Shown: positions 26,716 to 36,920, numbered from the stretch's first letter. The stretch is 64,000 bases of DNA from an uncultured Rhodoferax sp. (GCA_964468905.1 CAYXWW010000001.1:1343-65342), one strand, 5' to 3'. The notes: generated by a model from the letters alone, not told the origin. Made by a program: numbers and translations.

Positions 26716-28923
26716 ATGGATACCGTCGATAAAAATGCACCATGTCCATGTGGTAGCACTAAGAAATACAAACACTGCTGCATGCGCAAAGACCAACAGG
26801 CGGCTCAGCAACGTCAGCAACAGCTACGACTGGTCCCATCGTGGCTGCAACTCGGCTTGCAAGCGTTGCAAAGCAACCAATTGGCCCATGCACAAGCACA
26901 ATACAAACAGGTGCTCAGCTTAGCCCCAGACCACCCAGAGGCACTTCATTGGCTAAGCGTAATCTCCTTTCAGCGTGGTGATAAGGAAGCGGCTTTGGAA
27001 CAGATTGCACGATTGGTAGCGTCGCATCCCGGTAACACTCTTTATCTCTCTAGTAAAGCAAATATGCTGAAAGAGTTGGGGAGGTATGAAGAGGCAATTG
27101 CTGCGTACGAGTCTTCGCTCCAATTGAAGCCGAATGCACCAGATGTTCTAAACAACTACGGAACAGCCCTAGCCATTCAAATGAAGCACGGCAACGCGGT
27201 GGCAAATTATCGCAAGGCTATCGCGCTCGCGCCGACATACGCGGATGTATACAGTAACTTGGCGGTTTCGCTGGAAGTTCAGGGCCACGAAGAAGAAGCG
27301 AAATCCCAATATTTGACAGCCTTACGATTGAATTCAAATCAATCATATGCACTAGCCGGCCTATCGAGACTTGAACACGAAAACCACACTCTAGCAGTTC
27401 AACTTGTCGAAAAGGCCTTGCAACTAAACCCAAACATTGGTTTGTGGTGGATGCAACTAGCACGCCTCGAGACTGCGCAGGGTAAAATTTCAAAAGCCAG
27501 GGCAGCCATTTCAAACGGACTAGCTGTGGAAGACTTTCCTGAGCTAAAAATATTTGACGCGACCTTGCTTCCATGCATTATGGGAACAAACGAAGAAGTA
27601 ATGGCGAGTAGAGCTGAAATAGAAATCAAATTGGATCGCCTAATTCGCGACAAAGTAAAGTTTAGAGACAACTTCACAGAATTCGCATCCAATAATTTCT
27701 ATCTCGCGTACCATGGGCAAAACGATCGTGCACTTCAAATGCGTCTTGCACAATTCCATGTTCAAGCACTCCCGCAGCTTCAATATATCGCGCCACATTG
27801 CCAGCGACGCCTCAACCACCACAAAAAGCGAAAGATCGGATTTGTATCCCTCTATTCACGTGCAAGTCATTCAGTAGGTGCTAGCTTCGCTGGAATTCTC
27901 AATGCAATTGCGGCTGATGAGCGTTTTGAGGTCACTCTTATAACGGGCGACTCGCTGACAGATGAGCAAATGGATCACGCTTATCCGGCTATGGACCGGA
28001 AAAGGGTACTACTTCCTAAAAAGCTCGCATTGGCACAGCAGGCTGTCGCAGCGCTGGAGCTCGATGTCATCGTGTACTTGGATATCGGGATGAACGCAGA
28101 AACGTACTCCTTGGCATTTGCTCGTTTAGCGCGAGTACAGTGTGTCTTGGGCGGTCACCCGGTAACTACAGGAATTCCGGCAATGGACTACTTCCTGTCT
28201 GCCGAAACAATCGAGTTACCTGAAGCCCAGGACCATTATTCTGAAAGACTTATCCGTCTGGAGCATGGTGCGTTTTTCTTCCGTCGTCCAGAAGTTCCCG
28301 TATTCAATAAATCCCGAACTGCACTCAACCTACCGGAGCGGGTCCACATTTACTTGTGTCCAATGACTTTGTTTAAGCTACATCCTGATTTCGACGCGGC
28401 AGTCGATGCCATCTTGTACAAAGACAAAGAGGGTGTTGTTCTATTCGTAGAAACACCAGGTAGACCGCTATATCAAGAACTGCTGGAGAAAAGATTCGAT
28501 CGGACTATTTCTCCAGAGGTGCGCAATCGCGTCAAATTCCTTCCTTGGATCTCTGAGAAGGCGGACTTCATGCGTGTCTTGGAGGCGAGCGATGTTATTC
28601 TGGATCCGTTCCATTTCGGCATCGGTACCACTGCTATATGGACCACTGCGGTTGGCACACCGTTTGTAACCTTACCCAGCAAATACATGCGCGGGCGAGT
28701 CGGTTTCTTTTACTGCAAGATGCTGGGGCTCGAAAACGAGTGTGTGGCAACCGATAGAGACGACTATGTCAGAAAGGCGGTGGCCTTTGCTGAAAACCCT
28801 GCATGTCGTGCAAACATCAAGGCCCGAATTCTCGCTGCCAACAATGTTTTCTACGAAAACCAACAGGGCGTCGAAGACGTTAAGAACTTTCTCGCAAACT
28901 GTGATTTACCGGTGTGGAACTAA
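26716..28923 (+). CDS. SEC-C + TPR + GT41 (OGT/SPINDLY/HMW1C-like) protein glycosyltransferase
   Basis: CPCGSTKKYKHCC; TPRs; FYLAYHG, RLARVQCVLGGHPVTTGIPAMDYF, LFKLHPDFD, DVILDPFHFG. Confidence 0.88.
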   Translation: MDTVDKNAPCPCGSTKKYKHCCMRKDQQAAQQRQQQLRLVPSWLQLGLQALQSNQLAHAQAQYKQVLSLAPDHPEALHWLSVISFQRGDKEAALEQIARLVASHPGNTLYLSSKANMLKELGRYEEAIAAYESSLQLKPNAPDVLNNYGTALAIQMKHGNAVANYRKAIALAPTYADVYSNLAVSLEVQGHEEEAKSQYLTALRLNSNQSYALAGLSRLEHENHTLAVQLVEKALQLNPNIGLWWMQLARLETAQGKISKARAAISNGLAVEDFPELKIFDATLLPCIMGTNEEVMASRAEIEIKLDRLIRDKVKFRDNFTEFASNNFYLAYHGQNDRALQMRLAQFHVQALPQLQYIAPHCQRRLNHHKKRKIGFVSLYSRASHSVGASFAGILNAIAADERFEVTLITGDSLTDEQMDHAYPAMDRKRVLLPKKLALAQQAVAALELDVIVYLDIGMNAETYSLAFARLARVQCVLGGHPVTTGIPAMDYFLSAETIELPEAQDHYSERLIRLEHGAFFFRRPEVPVFNKSRTALNLPERVHIYLCPMTLFKLHPDFDAAVDAILYKDKEGVVLFVETPGRPLYQELLEKRFDRTISPEVRNRVKFLPWISEKADFMRVLEASDVILDPFHFGIGTTAIWTTAVGTPFVTLPSKYMRGRVGFFYCKMLGLENECVATDRDDYVRKAVAFAENPACRANIKARILAANNVFYENQQGVEDVKNFLANCDLPVWN

Positions 28924-28945
28924 AGGCACCTACGTCTAACTGCAT

Positions 28946-31132
28946 CTACGCCACGAAAGATCGTGCAGGGGTGCCTTGCATGTGGGTCGCCCACATGCTT
29001 TGTAGTGCGGTATGTAGGCTCTTTGCAATGCTGTGTGTTTGGCACTGCGCGGAATTCGTAAGTCTTTGGCGCAGCTCGGCACGCAGACGCGCCAATTCTT
29101 CTGAGCGCTGGGCAGCACGAATGGCTCTATCCATGTAGTCGTCGAGGCTCTCTGCGATGTACTCACGCAAACCGACGTGCAGCAGAACAGCAGCGCCAGC
29201 GCGTGAAACGGGGGTCGAACCTGCCAACGTTACAGTCGGCACGCCCATCCACATCGCGTGTTGAATCGTCGTTGCGCTCGGGTACGGAAATGCATCAAGG
29301 CACACATCCACTTTATGGTGCAACTTCAAATAGTCGTACGGCAGGCAACGTGGGAAAAACAACAGTCGCTCTTGCGCAAGCCCTGCCTTGGCACACGCCG
29401 CCAGGATACGGTCCTTGATAGGTCCGCAGTCAATTGCCCCAAGCAAGAGTCTGCTACCCTGTACGCGGGACAAGATGCCAATCCAAGCATCAACCACACG
29501 CGACGACAATTTACGTGGGTGATTAAAGGAGGCAAATGTAAACGGAGCGCCAGCGCCAGACGGAAGCTCATTCACTGCAGGGGACGCCCCGAGGAATTCG
29601 AACGGCAGGAACGCGGACAAATAAACCAGCCGCTCTATGAACAGATGCTCAAATCCCCCTGGGGGCAACCACCACTGATCGGCAAAATAATAGTCCACCT
29701 GCGGTACACCCGTAGTCCATGTGTATCCGAGCCAACTCACCTGCACAGGCGCCGCGCGCAGGGAAAAGACTTCCAAGCAGTTCATGGGAGTATGACCGGC
29801 CAAATCGATCAATACATCAACCTCATCCGCACGAATTCGCTGGGCCAGCGGCAACGACGCCATGCCGACTACAACGTGCCAGGAAACAAAAAGTTGTTTC
29901 AACTTGTGAGTCCAGTCGTCTGCTTCAAAAGAATTGCAGTATGCAACCAATTCAATATCATCTCTGGCAGCCAGATGCACCAAGACGGGCAGCAATGCCC
30001 GGCCAACAATATGGTTGTTAAAGTCGCCCGAAACTAGGCCTACTCTTAGGCGTCCCTCGGACCGGTGACTCGATTCGATTGTGGGAGGTCGACATTGACA
30101 GAACTTCTCATCGAGCAAATTGCCAAACGCAACGTGCCCGGCAAACAAGTCCTGTGCTGACCCGTTTGGCACTTGGGACCGATAGAACAGAAGCGTGCTG
30201 CGTGCCGCAACGTTCGTGCCGTCATACTTGAGTGACCGCTCAAGAAGAGCAATCGCATCCTCAATGCGGCCTTCTTCGCAGGCAAGATCCGCTAAAATCC
30301 TGTACCCATCGATGAGGTCTTCTTGCAAACACAAAGCGTGTTCGATGCTTGCGCGCGCTTCAAATGTGCGACCAGACGCATGCAAAGCCAGACCCAATTG
30401 TAAATGGCAAGCCCCGGAGCTTGGCTCAAGAGCGATCGTGTCTTGCGAAACTCGCAGAGCGGCCGCCGCAGAGTTCTGCACGAGGAGTATCGCCGCAAGA
30501 TTTATGCGGGCCTGCATCAAACCAGGTGCGAGCTCAACTGCCTTGACAAGGTGTCGCTCCGCGTGGGCAAGGTCGCCTACAGCTCTAGCAACACTCGCCA
30601 ACTCGACCCAGGCTGGGGCCAAACTGGGGTCGGCATCCAATGCCTCTCGAAGCGCTGGCTCTACTCCCTCCCAATGGTTCTCATCACGGTTAAGTATGGC
30701 GATGTTGTAGTGTGCTAGCGCAAACTTCGGATCGCACCGCAAAGCACTCTCATAGTGATTTCGCGCATCTGCTAGTTGCCCCGCAGCCTTGGAAGCATTG
30801 CCCAAGTTGTTGTGGGCCACGGCCCAACCAGGCTGTAATTCAACGGCACATTGGTACACGGAAACAGCAGCTTCAATCTGTCCAACACTAAGTAAGGTGT
30901 CAGCGTGCTGAAGCTGTGCCTGCGCGTCTTGTGGAAGCAAATACGCAGCCTTTGCAAATGCCTCCAGAGCCGGTTTTCCCTGACCTGCCAAGGCAGCGCC
31001 CAAGATACTCCAAGTAAGTCCGACGGTTGGGTATTGCGTTGTCAGATCGCTCGCTCGCTCTTCCAGTTCGGGGAATCGCGCCTCATAGTAAAGCTGTTCC
31101 AGCTGGCATAAGTCTTTGTCTGTGAGTGGCAT
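28946..31132 (-). CDS. TPR + GT41 (SPINDLY/OGT-like) glycosyltransferase
   Basis: TPRs; RVGLVSGDFNNH, DVLIDLAGHT, RAAPVQVSWLGY..TTG, FASFNHPRK, DVCLDAFPY. Confidence 0.9.
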   Translation of the reverse strand: MPLTDKDLCQLEQLYYEARFPELEERASDLTTQYPTVGLTWSILGAALAGQGKPALEAFAKAAYLLPQDAQAQLQHADTLLSVGQIEAAVSVYQCAVELQPGWAVAHNNLGNASKAAGQLADARNHYESALRCDPKFALAHYNIAILNRDENHWEGVEPALREALDADPSLAPAWVELASVARAVGDLAHAERHLVKAVELAPGLMQARINLAAILLVQNSAAAALRVSQDTIALEPSSGACHLQLGLALHASGRTFEARASIEHALCLQEDLIDGYRILADLACEEGRIEDAIALLERSLKYDGTNVAARSTLLFYRSQVPNGSAQDLFAGHVAFGNLLDEKFCQCRPPTIESSHRSEGRLRVGLVSGDFNNHIVGRALLPVLVHLAARDDIELVAYCNSFEADDWTHKLKQLFVSWHVVVGMASLPLAQRIRADEVDVLIDLAGHTPMNCLEVFSLRAAPVQVSWLGYTWTTGVPQVDYYFADQWWLPPGGFEHLFIERLVYLSAFLPFEFLGASPAVNELPSGAGAPFTFASFNHPRKLSSRVVDAWIGILSRVQGSRLLLGAIDCGPIKDRILAACAKAGLAQERLLFFPRCLPYDYLKLHHKVDVCLDAFPYPSATTIQHAMWMGVPTVTLAGSTPVSRAGAAVLLHVGLREYIAESLDDYMDRAIRAAQRSEELARLRAELRQRLTNSAQCQTHSIAKSLHTALQSMWATHMQGTPARSFVA

Positions 31133-31285
31133 TTCAAGAACGAGTAAGGTAGAAGAATCTAAAGTGGCACAATTCAACCCCGGTGGATGCCGCCGCTGGT
31201 CGCAAATTCGGTTTGCACTGTACTACGACTGGTCGCGCAGACCAATTTCAATGATTTAACCAGAGGCCGTTTGGAAACTGATATT

Positions 31286-31984
31286 GTGAAGATCGCAATC
31301 ATGCAGCCCTACTTTCTGCCCTATATCGGATACTTCCAGCTAATCGGGGCGGTGGATGTATTCGTAGTGTATGACAACATCAAATATACAAAGAAGGGTT
31401 GGATCAACCGCAATCGCATTGCCGACCATGTCTCCGAAAGCATTTTTTCCTTGCCGCTCAAGGCAGGATCAGATTCATTGGACGTCTGTGAGCGTGAACT
31501 GGCGCAAACCTTTGTGGGCAACAAGTTTCTCCAGAAGTTTTCAGGCACCTACAGTGCGGCACCCCAGTACGCCGCGGTGTATGACCTATTGAAGTGCATC
31601 ATGCAAACCGATTCACGCAATCTGTTTGAATTCATTCACGCTTCATTGCGGCTTGTGTGTGCGTATACGGGATTAACTACACCCATGGTAGTCTCTTCTT
31701 CCTTACCGATAGACCATACACTCAAGGGCAAGGATAAGGTACTGGCACTATGCAAGGAATTGGGCGCCACGCAATACATCAACCCGATTGGAGGCGTGGA
31801 CCTTTACGACAAAGCAGAGTTTGCTGCGCAGGGCGTGGAACTTGGCTTTCTACAGGCTCAGGAATTTGTATATCCGCGCTTAGGCGGAGTGTTCATTCCC
31901 TGGCTTTCTATCATTGATGTACTGATGTTCAACGCGCAGGATGTTGTGTCCAATGAACTCAGGCATGGGTATCGAATCACTTGA
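31286..31984 (+). CDS. WbqC family protein
   Basis: IMQPYFLPYIGYFQLI..VDVFVVYDNIKY..KGWINRN; YINPIGG; LSIIDVLMFN. Confidence 0.92.
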   Translation: MKIAIMQPYFLPYIGYFQLIGAVDVFVVYDNIKYTKKGWINRNRIADHVSESIFSLPLKAGSDSLDVCERELAQTFVGNKFLQKFSGTYSAAPQYAAVYDLLKCIMQTDSRNLFEFIHASLRLVCAYTGLTTPMVVSSSLPIDHTLKGKDKVLALCKELGATQYINPIGGVDLYDKAEFAAQGVELGFLQAQEFVYPRLGGVFIPWLSIIDVLMFNAQDVVSNELRHGYRIT

Positions 31985-31996
31985 GAGTACTGGCGG

Positions 31997-32998
31997 ATGA
32001 TGAAATGGAACAAACGGGGGCTGGTTTTTCAGCCAACCGATTACGTGTTGCCACTAGGTTGCAAGGACTTTGCGCAAGCCCCGCAGGCGTTGGTCTTGGC
32101 CGATCGAGTAAGGGTCTATTTTTCCACTCGCTATCTTGAGCCAGACACTGGCAAATATCTTAGTCACATTGCTTATGCGGACTTCACCCCTAATATGGCG
32201 GAAATTGTGGGTGTTTCGAAGCGGCCGGTTATCAGCCTTGGGGAAGCAGGGTGCTTTGACGAGCATGGTGTATTCCCTATGTTCGTACGGCATGCCGGCG
32301 ACGTAATTTACGGCTATGTATGCGGCGCCAACCGCAGGAAGTCGGTTCCGGTAGATAGCGCCATTGGCCTTGCTATCAGTCGCGATACTGGTGAGACATT
32401 TCAGCGCGTGGGCCCAGGGCCAGTGCTTGGGGCTTCATTGAATGAGCCCTGTCTGATTGCCGACGGATTCGTCCTCCAAGTTGGGGATCAATACCGAATG
32501 TGGTATATATTTGGATCGGGCTGGCAGCAGTCAACCGGAGACGCTCAACCCGAGCGTGTCTATAAGATTGCCACGGCGGTTTCGGCAGACGGGGTCAACT
32601 GGAGAGGCAGAACGGGTATTCCCATCATCCCACCCGTGCTGGGCGATGATGAGTGTCAGGCCATGCCCACAGTCATTTGGTTGAATGGCATTTGGCACAT
32701 GTTCTTTTGTTTCCGCCACGCGGTTGGGTTTCGCAATGACGTTGCACGCAGCTACCGCCTAGGGCATGCTTATTCAAATGATGCTATCAACTGGACCCGA
32801 GATGACCTGGCCAGTGGATTGGAGCGCAGTGAATCTGGTTGGGACTCACAAATGATGTGCTATCCACATGTGTTTGAGTCCAACGGCCGGGTTTTCATGC
32901 TCTACAACGGAAATGCTTTCGGACGTGGCGGCTTTGGCGTGGCCGAATTAGAGACCTACGACGGCAATCCGTACAACACGACCATCATGGACATATAG
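31997..32998 (+). CDS. Five-bladed beta-propeller glycoside-hydrolase-like protein (GH32/43/130-like)
   Basis: GCFDEHGVFP, SRDTGETF, SADGVNW, SNDAINW, GWDSQMMCYP, LYNGNAFGRGGFG. Confidence 0.7.
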   Translation: MMKWNKRGLVFQPTDYVLPLGCKDFAQAPQALVLADRVRVYFSTRYLEPDTGKYLSHIAYADFTPNMAEIVGVSKRPVISLGEAGCFDEHGVFPMFVRHAGDVIYGYVCGANRRKSVPVDSAIGLAISRDTGETFQRVGPGPVLGASLNEPCLIADGFVLQVGDQYRMWYIFGSGWQQSTGDAQPERVYKIATAVSADGVNWRGRTGIPIIPPVLGDDECQAMPTVIWLNGIWHMFFCFRHAVGFRNDVARSYRLGHAYSNDAINWTRDDLASGLERSESGWDSQMMCYPHVFESNGRVFMLYNGNAFGRGGFGVAELETYDGNPYNTTIMDI

Positions 32999-34074
32999 TT
33001 GCGCTGACGAAGATACAGCTTCATGGATGGGGAAAGCGACTTCAACAACAATGGAATACGGTAGTAGTCTTCCTTGGTGTGAAGTCGGGTAATGATACGT
33101 GGACGGTCTTGCTTGATTGTCTGTCGTGCGCCCTGAAGTGCTCGGTATTCGGCACCGTTGATGTCCAGTTTGATGATCGAAACTGATTGCCCTAGGTCCG
33201 CCAGGATGTTATCAATCGTGTCCACAGCAATGGACTCAGGACCTGTTTCGGTGATCTGATTGTCAATATGTTGCTTCTTAGGCGTGAACCGAAGTGTGGT
33301 CTTGCTGTCCCATGCCCCGAAAGGCACTGCAGTTACCCGGTCCGTTCCGTATACCTCAGCAGTGGACGCCAGGATCTTGAAGTTCTCAGGACTAGGTTCC
33401 AGCGAGATGATCCTTGTGTATTTGCCTCCCAGTAGTCTGTGAAACTCGTGCACCGTATCGCCGGTATATCCACCAACGTCAAGCAAAGTCTCTGAATCCG
33501 TCAGCTGAAACTCATCTTTCGGAAAATACAATTCATCCAACTTGACCATTTCACTGACGAAAGACAGGTTTTCGCTGACCTTACAGTTGATGGATGCAAT
33601 ATAGGTTTGGCGGGAAAGGTCGTCCGCAAACAGATCCAGTGCGCGCGAGAATTCGTCAGCGTGTTCCCCTACATATGCCTGGTCCATGAATGGATGAGGC
33701 ATATTGAGGTAGTCTGGGATATCTACCACATGGATATAGCGCGCACCTAGGCGCTGAAGGTGTTCCACCACTGGTGGATAATTGCTTACACCGATGATGA
33801 TGTTGGCGCTGGCAAGTTGTTCGCCGCTGTCTTCAGTAACGAGGATTGGAAGTTCAACGTATTTTTTGGCGTCGATAAAGGCACGGTCAACCATTGCGGC
33901 TTGCACTGTGATGCCACAGAGTTCCAGGTACCGTTGAAGGACATAGGCAAATACACCAGCGCCATAGATATATGTGGTTGACGGTGACCGTGCCAGATCC
34001 TTCAGAACACGTCGACGTTCCTGTGGTGTTTCTTTTGTGATTTTGTCGAGCAATTGCATTGTCGGAAATTCCAT
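32956..34074 (-). CDS. FkbM family methyltransferase
   Basis: LDVGGYTGDT, LEPSPENF, IKLDINGAE..ALQGA. Confidence 0.88.
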   Translation of the reverse strand: MEFPTMQLLDKITKETPQERRRVLKDLARSPSTTYIYGAGVFAYVLQRYLELCGITVQAAMVDRAFIDAKKYVELPILVTEDSGEQLASANIIIGVSNYPPVVEHLQRLGARYIHVVDIPDYLNMPHPFMDQAYVGEHADEFSRALDLFADDLSRQTYIASINCKVSENLSFVSEMVKLDELYFPKDEFQLTDSETLLDVGGYTGDTVHEFHRLLGGKYTRIISLEPSPENFKILASTAEVYGTDRVTAVPFGAWDSKTTLRFTPKKQHIDNQITETGPESIAVDTIDNILADLGQSVSIIKLDINGAEYRALQGARQTIKQDRPRIITRLHTKEDYYRIPLLLKSLSPSMKLYLRQRNYMSMMVVLYGLPS

Positions 34075-34076
34075 GA

Positions 34077-35027
34077 TCAGGAGATGTGGGTAAGTTCGGC
34101 GATGCCAAAGCCCTGTACCCCAAATTGGTTGCCACAATAGAAAACTAACTGACGCTCGTCCAATTCGAACAATTGCGGGTAGCACATCATTTCGGAATCC
34201 CACCCGGAGGTTGCGCGCTGAAAGCCAACCTGGCTGTCATCACGTTTCCAATGCCGTAAATCAGTGGATTGTGCGTAGCCAAGGCGGTAACGACCCTGTT
34301 CAATTTCCGGGTCCCGAAACGCAAAAACTGTGTGCCAACTGCTGTGGCTAAAGAACGGAGCGAACATGTCCTGGCACTCGTTCTTGCTATTCGATTGCAA
34401 CATCTCGTCGCCGGTATGGTCCCAGTCCAATCCGTCGCTGGAGGTTGCATGCGCCACGCGGTACACGGGCTCGGGTTTGCCATTCTGGTTGATCCACCGC
34501 TTGCAGGACAAGTACCACATTTGCCAACCGGAGCCATCGGGCAATACGAAGGGGCCGGTCACAAAGTAGGGCTCGTGCAATCCGATGTTTAACGTTGGGC
34601 CCGCACCAATTCGGGAAAAAGTGCGCCCGCCGTCCGCGCTGCGAGCCACTCCCACGGCCAGCGTATAGGGTAATGAGTCCATGCGGGTCCATCCGGTGTA
34701 GTACATCCGCATTTCGGTTCCCGTGCGAACGATTGAACTGGGCATGATGCCGAATTCGTCGAACATGCCAGCGCCACCCAAAGGCAGGATCGGCTGTTCA
34801 GACACACCCACAATGCGTGTCAAGTCGTTCCTGTCCAGATCCACGAAACCTGGATGCGCGACATATTGCAATGCGGAGTCACGCTTGGGACGACAGGAAA
34901 TAATGACACGTACAGTGTTGTCGTCTAATAAAAAAGGTGTTGGGCATTGCGCATATTCCTGCATCCACGGTTGTGGTCGCAATAGAGTTGGGTCAAATAC
35001 ATGCCCGATTCGTTTCCAGTGCAGCAT
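34077..35027 (-). CDS. Beta-propeller glycoside-hydrolase-like protein, paralog of 31997-32998
   Basis: GMFDEFGIMP, SADGGRTF, SSDGLDW, GWDSEMMCYP, FYCGNQFGVQGFG. Confidence 0.7.
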   Translation of the reverse strand: MLHWKRIGHVFDPTLLRPQPWMQEYAQCPTPFLLDDNTVRVIISCRPKRDSALQYVAHPGFVDLDRNDLTRIVGVSEQPILPLGGAGMFDEFGIMPSSIVRTGTEMRMYYTGWTRMDSLPYTLAVGVARSADGGRTFSRIGAGPTLNIGLHEPYFVTGPFVLPDGSGWQMWYLSCKRWINQNGKPEPVYRVAHATSSDGLDWDHTGDEMLQSNSKNECQDMFAPFFSHSSWHTVFAFRDPEIEQGRYRLGYAQSTDLRHWKRDDSQVGFQRATSGWDSEMMCYPQLFELDERQLVFYCGNQFGVQGFGIAELTHIS

Positions 35028-35031
35028 GTTG

Positions 35032-35745
35032 TCAGCGGGTCTCGCTGCGACCCATGGCAGGCATTCGGGTCATTCGCAGAAAGGCGTCACTATCGAGGCG
35101 GAACTTTTCGGTGCTCGGGGCCAAGTAGACACTCTTGGATGGCGCGGAGCGCATCACGTTTGCCCCACCTCCAACAAAGCATCGTTCGCCTATGTCAACT
35201 TCGCCGCCAATGGTTGCATTGAGACCGACAAAACTGCGTTCACCCAATTGAACGCCGCCACCGAGGGTAGCGTTGGCCGCGAGCCAGCAGTGGTCATGGA
35301 CCTTGGAATGGTGTCCTATCAGTGTGTTGTTCCAGATCGATACGTTGGAACCAATCTCCGCTCCTGGCTGAACGCCTACTCCATCTAGGATCAGGCAGTT
35401 GTCGCCGATCTTGAGCCAGGGGCCGATGTCTGCGCGCTGGCTAATATAGTTGCTCAGTTCATAGCCACGGGTTTTTGCCTGGGCGTATTTCTCGGCACGG
35501 GCGGAGTTGAGCTCGTGATAGCCGATGGCGATGAACAATGCAAATCTATCCGCCGGGAAATGCGACTCCAAATCCTCAAAAGGATGAACGGGCAGGTCAT
35601 GAAAGGCGTTCCCATTAGATTTGGGGAGCCATTGGCGGTCGCACGTAAAGGCAACGACTTCATGGCTGTTGTCACGTCTCATATGTTGGAAGGCGACATC
35701 GGCAATTTTTCCGATGCCGAAAATCACAATAGGTTTGTGTGACAT
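35032..35745 (-). CDS. Hexapeptide-repeat sugar N/O-acyltransferase (NeuD/PglD family)
   Basis: IVIFGIG N-terminal Rossmann-like domain; left-handed beta-helix repeats (IGDNC, IGSNV, IGHH, LGERS). Confidence 0.88.
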   Translation of the reverse strand: MSHKPIVIFGIGKIADVAFQHMRRDNSHEVVAFTCDRQWLPKSNGNAFHDLPVHPFEDLESHFPADRFALFIAIGYHELNSARAEKYAQAKTRGYELSNYISQRADIGPWLKIGDNCLILDGVGVQPGAEIGSNVSIWNNTLIGHHSKVHDHCWLAANATLGGGVQLGERSFVGLNATIGGEVDIGERCFVGGGANVMRSAPSKSVYLAPSTEKFRLDSDAFLRMTRMPAMGRSETR

Positions 35746-35789
35746 AGGGGAGGGCTGCCCTGGTTTCAGGTGAGGGGCTGTTCTGTAAG

Positions 35790-35806
35790 CCGGTTATCAT
35801 AACCGG
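35790..35806. promoter_or_regulatory. Perfect palindrome in a divergent promoter region; candidate operator
   Basis: CCGGTTAT-C-ATAACCGG between divergent starts at 35745 and 35910. Confidence 0.4.
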
Positions 35807-35909
35807 TTCGGATGCGACTCGATAATTTCCCTGTGCGTGTCAAGCTGACTCGTCGGTCAGTGAGTCCGATCGTTACTACGGGATATTTTCAATATAGGAA
35901 GAATTGGCT

Positions 35910-36920
35910 ATGCGAACTGGTGGAGAGGGGCTCTATGTTGATCCTGTCAACGGTCAGCCGTTGGTGTTGGTCGATGCGGTGCTTCAAAACGACGAGGTTG
36001 TGTCTGGTGTGCTCAAAAGTGCGAGCGGACATGAATTTCCAATAATCGCGGGCGTGCCAAACCTAGTCTACCCCTTTGAATTACCGGCGGTAGACAAGAA
36101 GTCACTCAATCAGTACGAAGAGCGTGCGGATGCTTACGATCGTTACTTGCCCTTGACTTTTAGTACCTATGGTGAAGACGAGCAATCCGTGCGCAATGCC
36201 ATGGTTGACAAACTTGATCTAAAGCCAGACTCAGTTGTACTTGAAGTGGGTGCCGGGACAGGTCGCGACTCTGAAATCATTGCTAGGCGTCTTGGACCTT
36301 CGGGTAGGTTGTTCATCCAGGATCTCTCACCGTCATTCTTGGACAAGAACGTGGCCCGCATGAAGGGCGTCACTGCACAAGTTGAGCCTGCTTTGGCCAA
36401 TGGTTACTACTTGCCGTTTGCGGACAACAGCATCGATGCTTGTTTTCACTTTGGCGGCATCAATGCCTTTGGTGACATAAAGCGTGCATTTGCCGAAATG
36501 GCACGCGTAACCAAACCGGGTGGCAAAGTGGTAGTCGGTGACGAGAGCATGCCGCCTTGGTTGCGCGAGACCGAATTCGCTAAGATACTGATGAATTCAA
36601 ACCCCGAATTCGTTTACGGCATACCGCTTGACAAGTTGCCGGTGGAAGCCCGCAAGACCAAAATTGAGTGGATCATTGGTGGGGTGTTCTATCTGATTGA
36701 TTTCGTCGTGGGCGTGGGCGAGCCGACAGCCGATCTGGACTTTCCAATTCCGGGTGTGCGTGGTGGCACACACAGAAGTCGCTATCACGGGCAACTTGAG
36801 GGTATAACTCCTGAAAGCAAGTCGTTGGCTTATGAAGCGCGGGCGAAAACAGGCAAGAGTATGCACCAGTGGCTTGATGACGTAGTGCGCGAAGCGGCGC
36901 AACGCGATCTCGGTCGCTGA
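35910..36920 (+). CDS. Class I SAM methyltransferase (UbiE-like) with Trm112-like N-terminus
   Basis: DPVNGQPL...FPIIAGVPNL; VLEVGAGTG; LPFADNSID; EMARVTKPGG. Confidence 0.85.
   Translation: MRTGGEGLYVDPVNGQPLVLVDAVLQNDEVVSGVLKSASGHEFPIIAGVPNLVYPFELPAVDKKSLNQYEERADAYDRYLPLTFSTYGEDEQSVRNAMVDKLDLKPDSVVLEVGAGTGRDSEIIARRLGPSGRLFIQDLSPSFLDKNVARMKGVTAQVEPALANGYYLPFADNSIDACFHFGGINAFGDIKRAFAEMARVTKPGGKVVVGDESMPPWLRETEFAKILMNSNPEFVYGIPLDKLPVEARKTKIEWIIGGVFYLIDFVVGVGEPTADLDFPIPGVRGGTHRSRYHGQLEGITPESKSLAYEARAKTGKSMHQWLDDVVREAAQRDLGR

Noticed and set aside
29258-30037. Long antisense ORFs (also 1265-1987, 20273-20959, 22503-23174, 34723-35388)
   Set aside because: They shadow well-supported genes on the other strand and show no motifs; this is expected in GC-rich DNA.
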